Assembly (NCBI GenBank): GCA_041495645.1
Contig: JBGQCZ010000001.1
Span: 1 to 32,296 of the forward strand
Length of the DNA stretch: 32,296 nt
Source: Gemmataceae bacterium
GTDB taxonomy: Bacteria > Planctomycetota > Planctomycetia > Gemmatales > Gemmataceae
Direction of reading: 5' to 3'
Under the pieces are notes generated by a model that saw only the letters and a list, made by a program, of their open reading frames with translations, was not told the DNA's origin and searched no databases. This document shows, one piece after another, positions 24,320-32,296 of the stretch. Numbering within the stretch: position 1 is the first letter of the stretch; the number at the start of each line of letters is the position of its first letter. The position numbers and the translations under genes were made by a program.

Positions 24320-26464
24320 ATGTCCAAGCACAAGGTGGAAGACATTCGCAACATCGCCCTGGTAGGGCACCGCGCTGCCGGCAAGACCACGCTCGCCGAC
24401 GCGGTGCTCTTCAAGGCCGGCGCCGTCGAACGGCGTGGGAGCGTGGAAGATGGTTCGAGCGTGTCCGACTACGACGAGGAAGAACACCATCGCAAATTCA
24501 CCATCGACGCGCATTTGCTCAATGCGACCCATCACGGCAAGCAACTTTACATCATCGACACTCCCGGCTACCCCGACTTCGTCGGAGGAGCGCTGGGCTC
24601 CCTCGGTGCGGTCGAGACGGTCGCCATCGTGCTTTCGGCGCCGGCCGGGATCGAAGTGAATTCCCGGCGCATGTTCAATGAAGCCGGCAAACGCGGCCTG
24701 GCCCGCATGATCGTCATCAACAAGCTCGACGCCGAAAACATTCATTTCGAGGAGCTTCTCACTCACATCCGCGACACCTTTGGCAAAGGCTGCGTGTTGT
24801 TCAACGCGCCGATCGGGATCGGGCCGAAGTTCACCGGCGTGGTGGACGTATTGAATCCGCCCGCGACGCCGCCGGCCGGCGTGGTCGTCGACCTGGCCGC
24901 CGCGAAGGTGCAATTGATCGAGGCCGCCATCGACGTGGATGAAGGTTTGACCGAAAAGTTCCTGATGGAAGAACCGATCACACCGGACGAACTCAACGCC
25001 GTCATTCCGAAGTCGCTCGCCGCCGGAAAGCTGGTGCCGATCTTTTGCACCGCAGGAAAGAAGGACATTGGCGTCGCGGAATTGCTCGAAGGGATTTGCA
25101 ACGACGCTTTGGCGCCCACTCAGGCTGCACCCAAGACCGCCGCTCCCACCAAAGAAGGCGGCGAACCGGTCGTTCTTGCGGCCAGCGAATCGGGCGACTT
25201 CGTCGGACAGGTCTTCAAGATCCTCAACGACAAATTCGTTGGCAACCTCAGCTACATCCGTGTGCTCCAGGGCAAGCTCACGCCCCACGACCATCTGTTC
25301 ACCGCCCGCGCCGCCGGAAAAGGCGCCCGCATCGCCGGGATGTTGAAGATTCAGGGCAAGACCGGCACGCCGATCACGGAGGCAATTGCCGGCGATTTGA
25401 TCGCCGTGGCCAAGGTCGAGGGCTTGCACCTCGGCGATACGGTCGGCACGCATGCCGGCGTTCCGCATTTGCCGCCGCCCAGCTATCCCAGCCCGATGTT
25501 CGGCCTGGCCGTCGAGCCCAAGTCCCGCGGCGACGAGCAAAAACTCTCTGGAAGCCTTCACAAGATCGTGGAAGAGGATCCGACCTTCAAGATGCACTAC
25601 GACGCATCGACGCACGAAATGGTCATCAACGGCATCAGCCAGTTGCACCTCGACGTGATTCAGGCTCGTTTGAAGCGCCGCTTCGAGTTGGAAATCGTCA
25701 CCAAGGAGCCGAAGATCGCCTACCGCGAGACCATCGCGCGTTCGGGCGAAGCCGATTACCGGCACAAGAAGCAATCCGGCGGCCGCGGTCAGTTCGGCGA
25801 AGTGCATTTGCGGGTCTATCCGCTGCCGCGCGACATCACCGATCAGAAATCGCTCGAGGAAAAGTTCGCCAACAAATCGAAGTTCGAAAAGTTGCGCTCG
25901 GCGCACTATCACGCGACCAATAACTTCGCGTTTATCGATCATATCGTGGGCGGTACGATTCCGAACCAGTTCATTCCGGCCTGCGAAAAGGGCTGCCTGG
26001 AGTTGATCGAACGCGGAGCGGTCGCCGGCTATCCGATTCAGGACGTTGCGGTCGAAGTGTATTTCGGTAAAGACCACCCGGTGGATAGCTCCGAAGCCGC
26101 TTTCAAGACGGCGGCGCGCATGGCGTTTCGCAAGGCCTTTCAGAATGCCGGCCCTGAACTGCTCGAGCCAATAGTGACCTTGGAAGTGACCTGCCCGAGC
26201 AACTTCACGGGAGCGATCCTGGGTGATCTCACCACCAAGCGAGCCCGTGTCGAAAACCAGGATAGCCTGCCGGGCAACCTGGCGGTGATCACGGCAAAAG
26301 CCCCGCTAGCGGAGGTCACCCGGTATGCGGCCCAGCTGGGCGGCATCACGCAGGGCCAAGGCAGCTACAGCATGGAGTTCAGCCACTACGATCTGGTGCC
26401 GCCGATGGTCAAGCAGCAGATCATCGCCAAGTCCAAGATGGCCGCCGACGAGGACGAAGAGTGA
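24320..26464 (+). CDS. fusA: Elongation factor G family translational GTPase (EF-G paralogue)
   Basis: ATG at 24320 with ggag 5 nt upstream. G1 GHRAAGKTT, G3 DTPGYPDF, G4 NKLD. Domains IV/V-like HKKQSGGRGQFG. It is not in an rpsL-rpsG-fusA-tuf context. Confidence 0.85.
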   Translation: MSKHKVEDIRNIALVGHRAAGKTTLADAVLFKAGAVERRGSVEDGSSVSDYDEEEHHRKFTIDAHLLNATHHGKQLYIIDTPGYPDFVGGALGSLGAVETVAIVLSAPAGIEVNSRRMFNEAGKRGLARMIVINKLDAENIHFEELLTHIRDTFGKGCVLFNAPIGIGPKFTGVVDVLNPPATPPAGVVVDLAAAKVQLIEAAIDVDEGLTEKFLMEEPITPDELNAVIPKSLAAGKLVPIFCTAGKKDIGVAELLEGICNDALAPTQAAPKTAAPTKEGGEPVVLAASESGDFVGQVFKILNDKFVGNLSYIRVLQGKLTPHDHLFTARAAGKGARIAGMLKIQGKTGTPITEAIAGDLIAVAKVEGLHLGDTVGTHAGVPHLPPPSYPSPMFGLAVEPKSRGDEQKLSGSLHKIVEEDPTFKMHYDASTHEMVINGISQLHLDVIQARLKRRFELEIVTKEPKIAYRETIARSGEADYRHKKQSGGRGQFGEVHLRVYPLPRDITDQKSLEEKFANKSKFEKLRSAHYHATNNFAFIDHIVGGTIPNQFIPACEKGCLELIERGAVAGYPIQDVAVEVYFGKDHPVDSSEAAFKTAARMAFRKAFQNAGPELLEPIVTLEVTCPSNFTGAILGDLTTKRARVENQDSLPGNLAVITAKAPLAEVTRYAAQLGGITQGQGSYSMEFSHYDLVPPMVKQQIIAKSKMAADEDEE

Positions 26465-26483
26465 GTTTTGGATTAAGAGGAAT

Positions 26484-26548
26484 ACCCACGGATTGAATAC
26501 CACGGATAAAATCCAATGCATTTCATCCGTGGTATTCAATCCGTGGGT
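26484..26548 (+). terminator. Perfect 24-bp inverted repeat (17-nt loop) immediately after the EF-G gene; terminator-like or REP-like element
   Basis: acccacggattgaataccacggat (26484-26507) is the exact reverse complement of atccgtggtattcaatccgtgggt (26525-26548), followed by ttt. It starts 20 nt after the stop at 26464. Confidence 0.6.
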
Positions 26549-26610
26549 TTACTCTTGAATCTCTTACGGTTTCAAAGGAACACCTGCTGATGATAGCCCG
26601 ATTGCATTGC

Positions 26611-26634
26611 ATCCGTGGTATTCAATCCGTGGGT
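26611..26634 (+). repeat. Third, unpaired copy of the 24-nt arm atccgtggtattcaatccgtgggt
   Basis: Identical to 26525-26548. The similarity extends upstream (a[at]tgcatt[tg]c) and downstream (ttt). It lies about 100 nt before exbB. Confidence 0.8.
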
Positions 26635-26737
26635 TTTAACCGAACGACAAAGTGCTTTTTTCGTTGCCCCGACCAGTCAAAATGACGATATTGACCTGAA
26701 TGACCCAAAATTCCCAACCCGATCGAGATCCACGCCG

Positions 26738-27490
26738 ATGAAAAATGCATTGTTGGACTTTATCGAGAACGAATGGTACTTCTTTTTTCCGCTCCTGATG
26801 ATGTCCATGACGGCCATGGCCCTGGTCTTTTGGCGCTTGCTGCTGAACATGGGCGCCAAGACCAACATGGGTTCGTTTTTGCCGGTTTTTCAGGCCGTGC
26901 TGCAGAAGGAAGGAATCGAAGGAGCACGAAAATTCTGCACGCTCCAAAGCGGTTTGATCCCACGCAAACTGCTTGTCGCCGGCCTGGACAACGCCAAGCA
27001 GGGCGCCTCGGCCATGCGCCGCGCCATGGCCAACGTCATCGAGCTGGAAATCCTCCCGGAGTTGAATTTCCTCCTGGCCCCAATGTTGGCCATCGCCAAG
27101 GTCGCCACGATGGTCGGCCTGCTGCTGACGGTTATTTCCATGATCGAGACGTTTAGCGCGATCGGTGAAGCGGTCAAACAAGGCGATCAGGGCGGCGCCG
27201 GCAAACAATCTGGTAAGATTGGTTTAGCGTTGTTCGCGACGGCGATGGGGCTCATCACCGCTATTCCCTTGGTGTTCACGCACGTGCTGATGAAAGCGAA
27301 TATTCACAAGTTCGAACTGAAGATGAAGAGTTCCGGTCAGAAGCTCATCACGCTGGTGCAGAACGCGAAGGACAACCCCGTCCCGCCACAGCCCGCCGGA
27401 GGCGGACCGGCAGGCGGCCAAGGTCCCGGAGGCGCTGGCGCAAAACCCGGTACCGCGCCGGTATCGCCCGTTACGGCACGTAGAGGTTGA
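26738..27490 (+). CDS. exbB: MotA/TolQ/ExbB-family proton-channel protein
   Basis: ATG at 26738. Three TM segments with the family pattern LAIAKVATMVGLLLTVISMIETF...GKIGLALFATAMGLITAIPLVFTHVLM. Gly/Pro-rich C-terminal tail. Confidence 0.8.
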   Translation: MKNALLDFIENEWYFFFPLLMMSMTAMALVFWRLLLNMGAKTNMGSFLPVFQAVLQKEGIEGARKFCTLQSGLIPRKLLVAGLDNAKQGASAMRRAMANVIELEILPELNFLLAPMLAIAKVATMVGLLLTVISMIETFSAIGEAVKQGDQGGAGKQSGKIGLALFATAMGLITAIPLVFTHVLMKANIHKFELKMKSSGQKLITLVQNAKDNPVPPQPAGGGPAGGQGPGGAGAKPGTAPVSPVTARRG

Positions 27491-27497
27491 TCCCCGC

Positions 27498-27558
27498 GAA
27501 CGGAATAAATTCCGTTCTACCTTGGATGGCGAAAAGTAGAACGAAATTCATTCCGTTC
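27498..27558. repeat. Pair of 20-bp palindromes GAACGGAAT-NN-ATTCCGTTC in the exbB-exbD spacer
   Basis: gaacggaataaattccgttc (27498-27517) and gaacgaaattcattccgttc (27539-27558), centres 41 bp apart. The flanking tac/gta extends the outer inverted symmetry. Confidence 0.75.
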
Positions 27559-27568
27559 GGAGCACAGC

Positions 27569-28279
27569 ATGTCTTCACCCAAGAAATTCTTCTTCGATGT
27601 ATGGCTGTCGCAAGGGAAGACGGTCTATAAGGACGTGCCCTACGAAGTAGTCACCGACTGGCTTCAGCAGGGCCGCTTACTGGGCGACGACCGCATTCGC
27701 CCCGCCGGAACCGAGGAATGGTTCCCGATCGCCGGGGTGCCGACGTTCGCGGGTTACATCCCGAAGAACGACCCGTTGCGCACCGATGAGAGGGCCGAAG
27801 CGCTGGAACCCGTGGAGACGGGCTGGGGCAAGAAAGAGGAAGAGGAAGAAGCCGATCCGGACATGATTCCGCTGATCGACGTCAGCCTCGTGCTGCTGAT
27901 CTTCTTCATGATCACGTCTACAGTAGCGGCTGTCACATCGATCATCTCGGTGCCCGAAGTCAAGCACGCGGAGCCGACCGTTAACGTCAACATGATCTGG
28001 ATCGGCATCAAGTACTACAGCGAGACGCAGCCCGCCGACTACACCGTCCGCCTCGACGGCGACAAGGACAAGAAGATCTTCAAGGACGGCCTGAACAAAG
28101 AACAAGTCATTCAGATGGTGAATGAGATTCTCGAAAGACAGACCGTGCCCGAAGTGCGTATCGCGGCGCACCGGCTCGTGAGTTATGATCTCCTGAAGGA
28201 CTTGCATTTGGAGCTCGAAGCCCACAAGGCCAATAGCAAGATCATCAAGATTCACGTCGAGGTGGGGGAGAAAAAATGA
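27569..28279 (+). CDS. exbD: ExbD/TolR-family protein with N-terminal GYF_2 (DUF4339)-like domain
   Basis: ggag lies 7 nt upstream of the ATG. N-terminus FFFDVWLSQGKTVYKDVPYEVVTDWLQQGRLLGDDRIRPAGTEEWFPI is GYF_2-like. ExbD TM with the conserved Asp: MIPLIDVSLVLLIFFMIT. Confidence 0.75.
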   Translation: MSSPKKFFFDVWLSQGKTVYKDVPYEVVTDWLQQGRLLGDDRIRPAGTEEWFPIAGVPTFAGYIPKNDPLRTDERAEALEPVETGWGKKEEEEEADPDMIPLIDVSLVLLIFFMITSTVAAVTSIISVPEVKHAEPTVNVNMIWIGIKYYSETQPADYTVRLDGDKDKKIFKDGLNKEQVIQMVNEILERQTVPEVRIAAHRLVSYDLLKDLHLELEAHKANSKIIKIHVEVGEKK

Positions 28280-28881
28280 GTTGGCAAATGCGGCACGAAG
28301 GTTCGCCCCACGCCACGTCCGGCCTCACGCCCAACCAGGTCTTGGAAGGGGTCCGCGACGGAATTTGGGGAATCACCGACGAGGTGCGCGGGCCGAAAGA
28401 CGTGAAATGGATCCCGCTCGAATCGCATCCGTTCTTCGAGGATGCGTTGGCCGAACTCGAGGAGCCGGCGCGCCACTCGGATATCGAGGAACACCTCGAC
28501 ATGAACCCGCTCATCGACGTGGCCTTGGTGTTGCTGATTTTCTTTATTCTGACGACGTCATACGAAGCCCTGCGAAAAGTGATTGAGATGCCGACAGCGT
28601 CCAAAAAGTCACCGCGATTCATTTCGAGAGTCGATGCGGAATCCAGGTACGTGATGGTCAAAGCTACCACGGTCGAAGGTGGGAAAGTGCTTTTCAAAGT
28701 GGACGGACAAGAGGTAGAGGAGCGATTCTTGGAAGATGCGTTCCGCCGTGCAGTTGCGCAGGGAAGAAAAGAAATGATTATCGATGCAGAGAATGTTACA
28801 TGGGGCACGGTGACCACGATCATGGATACCGGCCAAAGCGCTGAGATTCGGAGCTTCAAAATGAAAGTGAACAGAAACTAG
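28276..28881 (+). CDS. exbD: Second ExbD/TolR-family protein with N-terminal GYF_2-like domain
   Basis: ATGA overlap with the previous gene, gggggag upstream. GLTPNQVLEGVRDGIWGITDEVRGPKDVKWIPLESHPFF is GYF_2-like. MNPLIDVALVLLIFFILTTS is the ExbD TM. Confidence 0.75.
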   Translation: MSWQMRHEGSPHATSGLTPNQVLEGVRDGIWGITDEVRGPKDVKWIPLESHPFFEDALAELEEPARHSDIEEHLDMNPLIDVALVLLIFFILTTSYEALRKVIEMPTASKKSPRFISRVDAESRYVMVKATTVEGGKVLFKVDGQEVEERFLEDAFRRAVAQGRKEMIIDAENVTWGTVTTIMDTGQSAEIRSFKMKVNRN

Positions 28882-28943
28882 AAAGCGGAGGCAAACGCCG
28901 AGACTTGCTCGGCAGTTGGTCTCCCCGGCTTGGCACACAGTTT

Positions 28944-30050
28944 TTATTTGCGGCCCGGTTTGGGCTCTTGTTCGACTACCTTAAAGCTCGCTTTTCCGCC
29001 GCTAAACGTCACCAGGAATCGCGTCCGTTTGATGTCCTCTTCCTTGCGGCCGCGGAACTTCGTTTCGGCGTCGACCAGTTGTTCTTCCATCGCGTAAGGC
29101 ATGGCGGCGACAATCGCGGCGGGAATCAGATCGAGCTTTAGTTCCTCGGCGATGCCGTCGTTCGAATCCGCACGTTGGTCCACAAAGTAGACGCGATTCA
29201 TCTTCTTGATGTCTTCGTACACGGGTTTGGCCGGCCGCTCCTTCAAGTTGCGAATGAACAACAGCTTGCCGGTCTTGTCCGGGAAACCGAGGTAGCAGCC
29301 GAGCGCATCGAGCTGTTGGAGGTAGCCCGCCGCGCTGTTGAAGCGGAACTCGAGTTCCCACCGCAGCACACGCGCCCCGCGGCGCGTCCCGCCGGTGCCT
29401 GGGCCGACGCCGTCTCCGCGGCCGGTGCCACGGCCCGATCCTTCCCCGCCGCCGCTGCCCGTGCCGCCCTTGCCGATGCCCGCCAACCCGACCAGCGCGT
29501 CTTTCAAAATCGGGCCGAGGGCCTTAGGAGTCTTGTTCTGGATCTTGGCCACAAAGTCGGTCGCGTCGTCGTCAATGGTCGGCGCGTTGTCCTTTTTTAC
29601 CGTCGGATCTTCTGTCGGCAGGTCTTTGAGATCCTTCTTGTCCGGCTCGAGCGATTTCGTTTCATCCGGACGAGTTAGGTTTCCGATCTCGCCAGGAACG
29701 ACACCCTCGGTGCTGCCGCCGCCGCCGCCGGGTATGCCGTCGCCGACTTCGACCGATTCCAGTTCGGGTTCCACCGGAGTGCCGCCGCTGAACATCCACA
29801 GCACGCCCGTCAAGATGATGAGCAACATCAAGCCGTGCAACACGGCCGAACCGAGACCGGAGAGCCACGGCTCGCCGTTGGCCGCGAAATTTTCCCAAAT
29901 CGCTTCATCGGGCGGAACCCACGGCCGCTCGACTGTCACAGCCGCTACATCCGCAGCTTCGCCCGGCTTGAGCGTCGGCTTGACGATTGGCACTTTGTCG
30001 CCAGGCTTGGACACTTGAACGCTGTTCTTCGAGTTGTTCGGCGGAGGCAT
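28944..30050 (-). CDS. Hypothetical membrane-anchored protein: Lys/Pro-rich N-terminus, one TM, Gly-rich linker, about 150-aa C-terminal domain
   Basis: ATG at 30050 (MPPPNNSKNS...). TM LSGLGSAVLHGLMLLIILTGVLWMF. Linker IPGGGGGSTEG...GKGGTGSGGGEGSGRGTGRGDGVGPGTGG. Structured-looking tail from RVLRWELEFRF... It is convergent with exbD2. Confidence 0.6.
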   Translation of the reverse strand: MPPPNNSKNSVQVSKPGDKVPIVKPTLKPGEAADVAAVTVERPWVPPDEAIWENFAANGEPWLSGLGSAVLHGLMLLIILTGVLWMFSGGTPVEPELESVEVGDGIPGGGGGSTEGVVPGEIGNLTRPDETKSLEPDKKDLKDLPTEDPTVKKDNAPTIDDDATDFVAKIQNKTPKALGPILKDALVGLAGIGKGGTGSGGGEGSGRGTGRGDGVGPGTGGTRRGARVLRWELEFRFNSAAGYLQQLDALGCYLGFPDKTGKLLFIRNLKERPAKPVYEDIKKMNRVYFVDQRADSNDGIAEELKLDLIPAAIVAAMPYAMEEQLVDAETKFRGRKEEDIKRTRFLVTFSGGKASFKVVEQEPKPGRK

Positions 30051-30173
30051 ATTCTCGCCCCGAGACTGGTGGTGAATGGACGCCACTAAAGAATAGGATA
30101 CAGTTCGGCGCTTGTCTCAGGCAAGAACAAAAGCGCGATTGAAGAAGTTTGTCGCACGCCAATTGAGGCTCGC

Positions 30174-32081
30174 ATGTCGCTGTTGGATGAGGCTGCCGAA
30201 GGAATCCGAACCGTCGAAGCGGACTCTGCCCTCAAGGATGCGGCGCTCACCCACTTGCGCAGTTGGCTTACCAATGACTCGTTCACGCCCTTTCGGCCGC
30301 AACTCGAATGGCTGATTCGCACGCGGCAATGGCCGGGACTGTTGGATCGTTTCTATCAGGTTTTGCCATTCGGCACCGGGGGGCGGCGCGGCGCGGTCGG
30401 GATCGGGCCGAATCGGCTCAATGCCTGGACACTTGGCGCGAGCGTTCAGGGTCATTGCGAATACATGAAGGAAAAGTTCCCCGGAGTGTCGCGCTTGCAG
30501 GTGGCGTTGGCTTACGACGTGCGACGGTTCGAGGATCTTGGCCGAAACTACAATCCCGAGTTGAGCAACCCGCTGCTGCATCAAACGAGCCGCGATTTTG
30601 CCCGGCATGCGGCCGAGGTTTATGCCGGCAACGGCTTCCACGTCCACATTTTGCCGCCGGACAGCTCGCGTTTTCTGGCCACGCCCGAGCTGTCGTTCAT
30701 TATCCGGCAACTGGGTTGTCATGGCGGGCTCAACGTCTCGGCCTCGCACAACCCGCCCGACGACAACGGCGGGAAATTCTACGACGAACGCGGCGCGCAG
30801 CCGGTTCCACCCGACGATCAGATCATGAGCGATCTCGTGGAACAGGTGACGCAGATCAAGTCCATGCCGTGGAACGACGCCGTGCGCAATGGCCGTATTC
30901 ACTTCCTCGACGAGTCCACGCACCGCGGGTTTATCGACTTGTGCCGGCGGCAAAGTCTGGTCGCGGCCCCGCGGTTCGACGAACTGCGCGTCGTTTACAC
31001 GCCGCTTCACGGCGTCGGATCGATGACCGCCATGGAAGTGCTGGAGCAAGCGGGCTTTCGCCCAATCCCCGTGACCGAGCAAATGTCGCCCGATGGCCAG
31101 TTCCCGAATGTGACCAAATCGCCGAACCCGGAAGTGCCCGAGTCGCTCGATCGAGCGATTCAGGTCGCCAAGGATCGCGAGGCCGACCTGGTCTTGGCGA
31201 CCGATCCGGATGCGGATCGACTCGGCGCCGCGTGTGCCGACGGCCGCGGCGGATTTCGCTTTCTCACCGGTAATGAAATCCTTGCCCTGCTCACGCACTT
31301 CAAATTGAGCCAATATCTCGCGCTCGGGCGCATGCCCTCGTCGCCGATGGTGATCACAACCGAAGTCACCACGCGGCTTGTCACGCGGATCGCCAGGTAT
31401 TTCGGCGCGCAGGTGGTCAACAACCTGCCCGTGGGATTGAAGTTCGTGGCGGAAGTGCTGCGGCAACTGGAACAATCGGGCGGATACGAAGACATCAGCG
31501 GAACGCCGTCGGACTACGTGATCGGCGGAGAGGAAAGCCACGGCGTGTTGGCCATGCCGCAACTGCGCGACAAAGACGCCGCGTCGGCCTGTCTGCTGTT
31601 GGCGGAACTCGCTCTCGATTGCAAACGGCGCGGCCAGACTCTGGTGCAACATCTCGACGGGCTGTTTCGTCAGTTCGGGTATTTTCGCAATGAGCTCCGC
31701 AACCTGATGCTGCCGGGACTCGAAGGCAAAACGCGCCTGACGAAAATGATGGACCGGTTGCGAGGCGGTTCGCCAACGTCCATCGCCGGCTTGACGGTGA
31801 CGCGGTTCGAGGATTGGCAAGACGAGCTGGGTCGAATGGGCCCCCTCAAGGGCGCGACGGACGCGATGACGCGAAATGTCTTGTCGTTCCAGTTCGCCGA
31901 CTCCGCTCGATTGCTGATTCGCCCGAGTGGGACCGAATCCAAAGCCAAGGTCTATGCCGAGGTTAGCGGCGCCCCCTGCCCTGTCGGTTGTAGTACGGAA
32001 GATTGGCTTCAAGCATGTCAGCGAATTGATGGATCGGCAATTCGATTGGCCGATGAATTCGCAGATGCGCTGCTTTCGTGA
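30174..32081 (+). CDS. Alpha-D-phosphohexomutase family protein (phosphoglucomutase/phosphomannomutase)
   Basis: ATG with gagg 5 nt upstream. Active-site GLNVSASHNPPDDNGGKFY (phosphoserine loop), metal loop ATDPDADRLG, sugar loop GGEESHG, and phosphate-binding RPSGTESK. Confidence 0.85.
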   Translation: MSLLDEAAEGIRTVEADSALKDAALTHLRSWLTNDSFTPFRPQLEWLIRTRQWPGLLDRFYQVLPFGTGGRRGAVGIGPNRLNAWTLGASVQGHCEYMKEKFPGVSRLQVALAYDVRRFEDLGRNYNPELSNPLLHQTSRDFARHAAEVYAGNGFHVHILPPDSSRFLATPELSFIIRQLGCHGGLNVSASHNPPDDNGGKFYDERGAQPVPPDDQIMSDLVEQVTQIKSMPWNDAVRNGRIHFLDESTHRGFIDLCRRQSLVAAPRFDELRVVYTPLHGVGSMTAMEVLEQAGFRPIPVTEQMSPDGQFPNVTKSPNPEVPESLDRAIQVAKDREADLVLATDPDADRLGAACADGRGGFRFLTGNEILALLTHFKLSQYLALGRMPSSPMVITTEVTTRLVTRIARYFGAQVVNNLPVGLKFVAEVLRQLEQSGGYEDISGTPSDYVIGGEESHGVLAMPQLRDKDAASACLLLAELALDCKRRGQTLVQHLDGLFRQFGYFRNELRNLMLPGLEGKTRLTKMMDRLRGGSPTSIAGLTVTRFEDWQDELGRMGPLKGATDAMTRNVLSFQFADSARLLIRPSGTESKAKVYAEVSGAPCPVGCSTEDWLQACQRIDGSAIRLADEFADALLS

Positions 32082-32111
32082 CGAGCAGTATCCGACGCAG
32101 AACAACATAAG

Positions 32112-32184
32112 TTCTTGTAGTTCTTGTAGCCGCAGGCTTTAGCCTGCGCTGGCGGCTACCGCAGGCTAAAGCGTGCGGCTACAA
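32112..32184. repeat. Composite repeat after the phosphohexomutase gene: ttcttgtag x2, then a 25-bp inverted repeat (1 mismatch)
   Basis: ttcttgtag at 32112-32120 and 32121-32129. ttgtagccgcaggctttagcctgcg (32124-32148) against cgcaggctaaagcgtgcggctacaa (32160-32184). Each arm is itself palindromic (gcaggct..agcctgc). Confidence 0.75.
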
Positions 32185-32296
32185 TGAGTTGCGGCGACTC
32201 ACGGCCCATCGACCATCAAACTCCTTGAATCCTCAGCCAATTAAGGTTAACTTCAATAACGGATTCGGCGGATTGCGCAAGTTCGTTTGCGGGCAG

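Noticed and set aside
24257-26077. 606-aa minus-strand ORF
   Set aside because: It is antisense to the EF-G gene, which has unambiguous GTPase motifs. It is a shadow ORF.
26484-26634. Possible CRISPR array
   Set aside because: There are only three copies of the 24-mer. Two are in inverted orientation and form a hairpin, the spacing is irregular, and there are no cas genes.
30117-32108. 663-aa minus-strand ORF
   Set aside because: It is antisense to the phosphohexomutase gene (SASHNP, DPDADR, RPSGTE motifs). It is a shadow ORF.
1-32296. tRNA, rRNA, integrase, transposase or other mobile-element genes
   Set aside because: I scanned the intergenic regions and all ORF translations. I saw no cloverleaf-like tRNA sequence, no rRNA-like stretch and no recombinase or transposase motifs.

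Overview
This is a visibly GC-rich chromosomal segment with a planctomycete-like character: Tat and Sec secreted proteins, GYF-ExbD fusions, an orphan Flp pilin, and GC-rich palindromic intergenic repeats. I support about 29 CDS. Recognisable genes are a 5'-truncated class-I aminotransferase, a caspase-like/PDZ/S41 protease fusion, an MDR enoyl/quinone reductase, an FHA-GGDEF cyclase behind a secreted four-domain repeat protein, a Tat-exported selenium-binding-protein/methanethiol-oxidase homologue, a CapA-type metallophosphoesterase, a di-haem MauG/CCP peroxidase, a TetR regulator, a Flp pilin, an acyl-CoA synthetase plus SDR pair, hisA, an EF-G paralogue, exbB plus two GYF-exbD genes, and a phosphohexomutase. 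Accessory or unexplained content falls into five groups. (1) An AT-richer islet at about 7945-9900 carries a 152-aa unknown gene co-transcribed with hicB-hicA. It faces a second, convergent hicB whose hicA partner (a 59-aa ORF below the track cutoff) looks decayed. (2) A tightly coupled three-gene plus-strand module at 11533-14605 encodes Cys4 zinc-ribbon membrane proteins. Two are tandem paralogues and none has an assignable function. This is my best candidate for an undescribed system. (3) A 68-aa plus 365-aa unknown pair lies at 22110-23435. (4) The exbB-exbD-exbD set has no TonB, but a convergent TM/linker/C-domain protein lies next to it. (5) Several distinct intergenic repeat or hairpin families are present. 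Many long ORFs in the track are antisense shadow ORFs typical of GC-rich DNA, and I rejected them. All family calls rest on motifs read by eye; no database search was possible.
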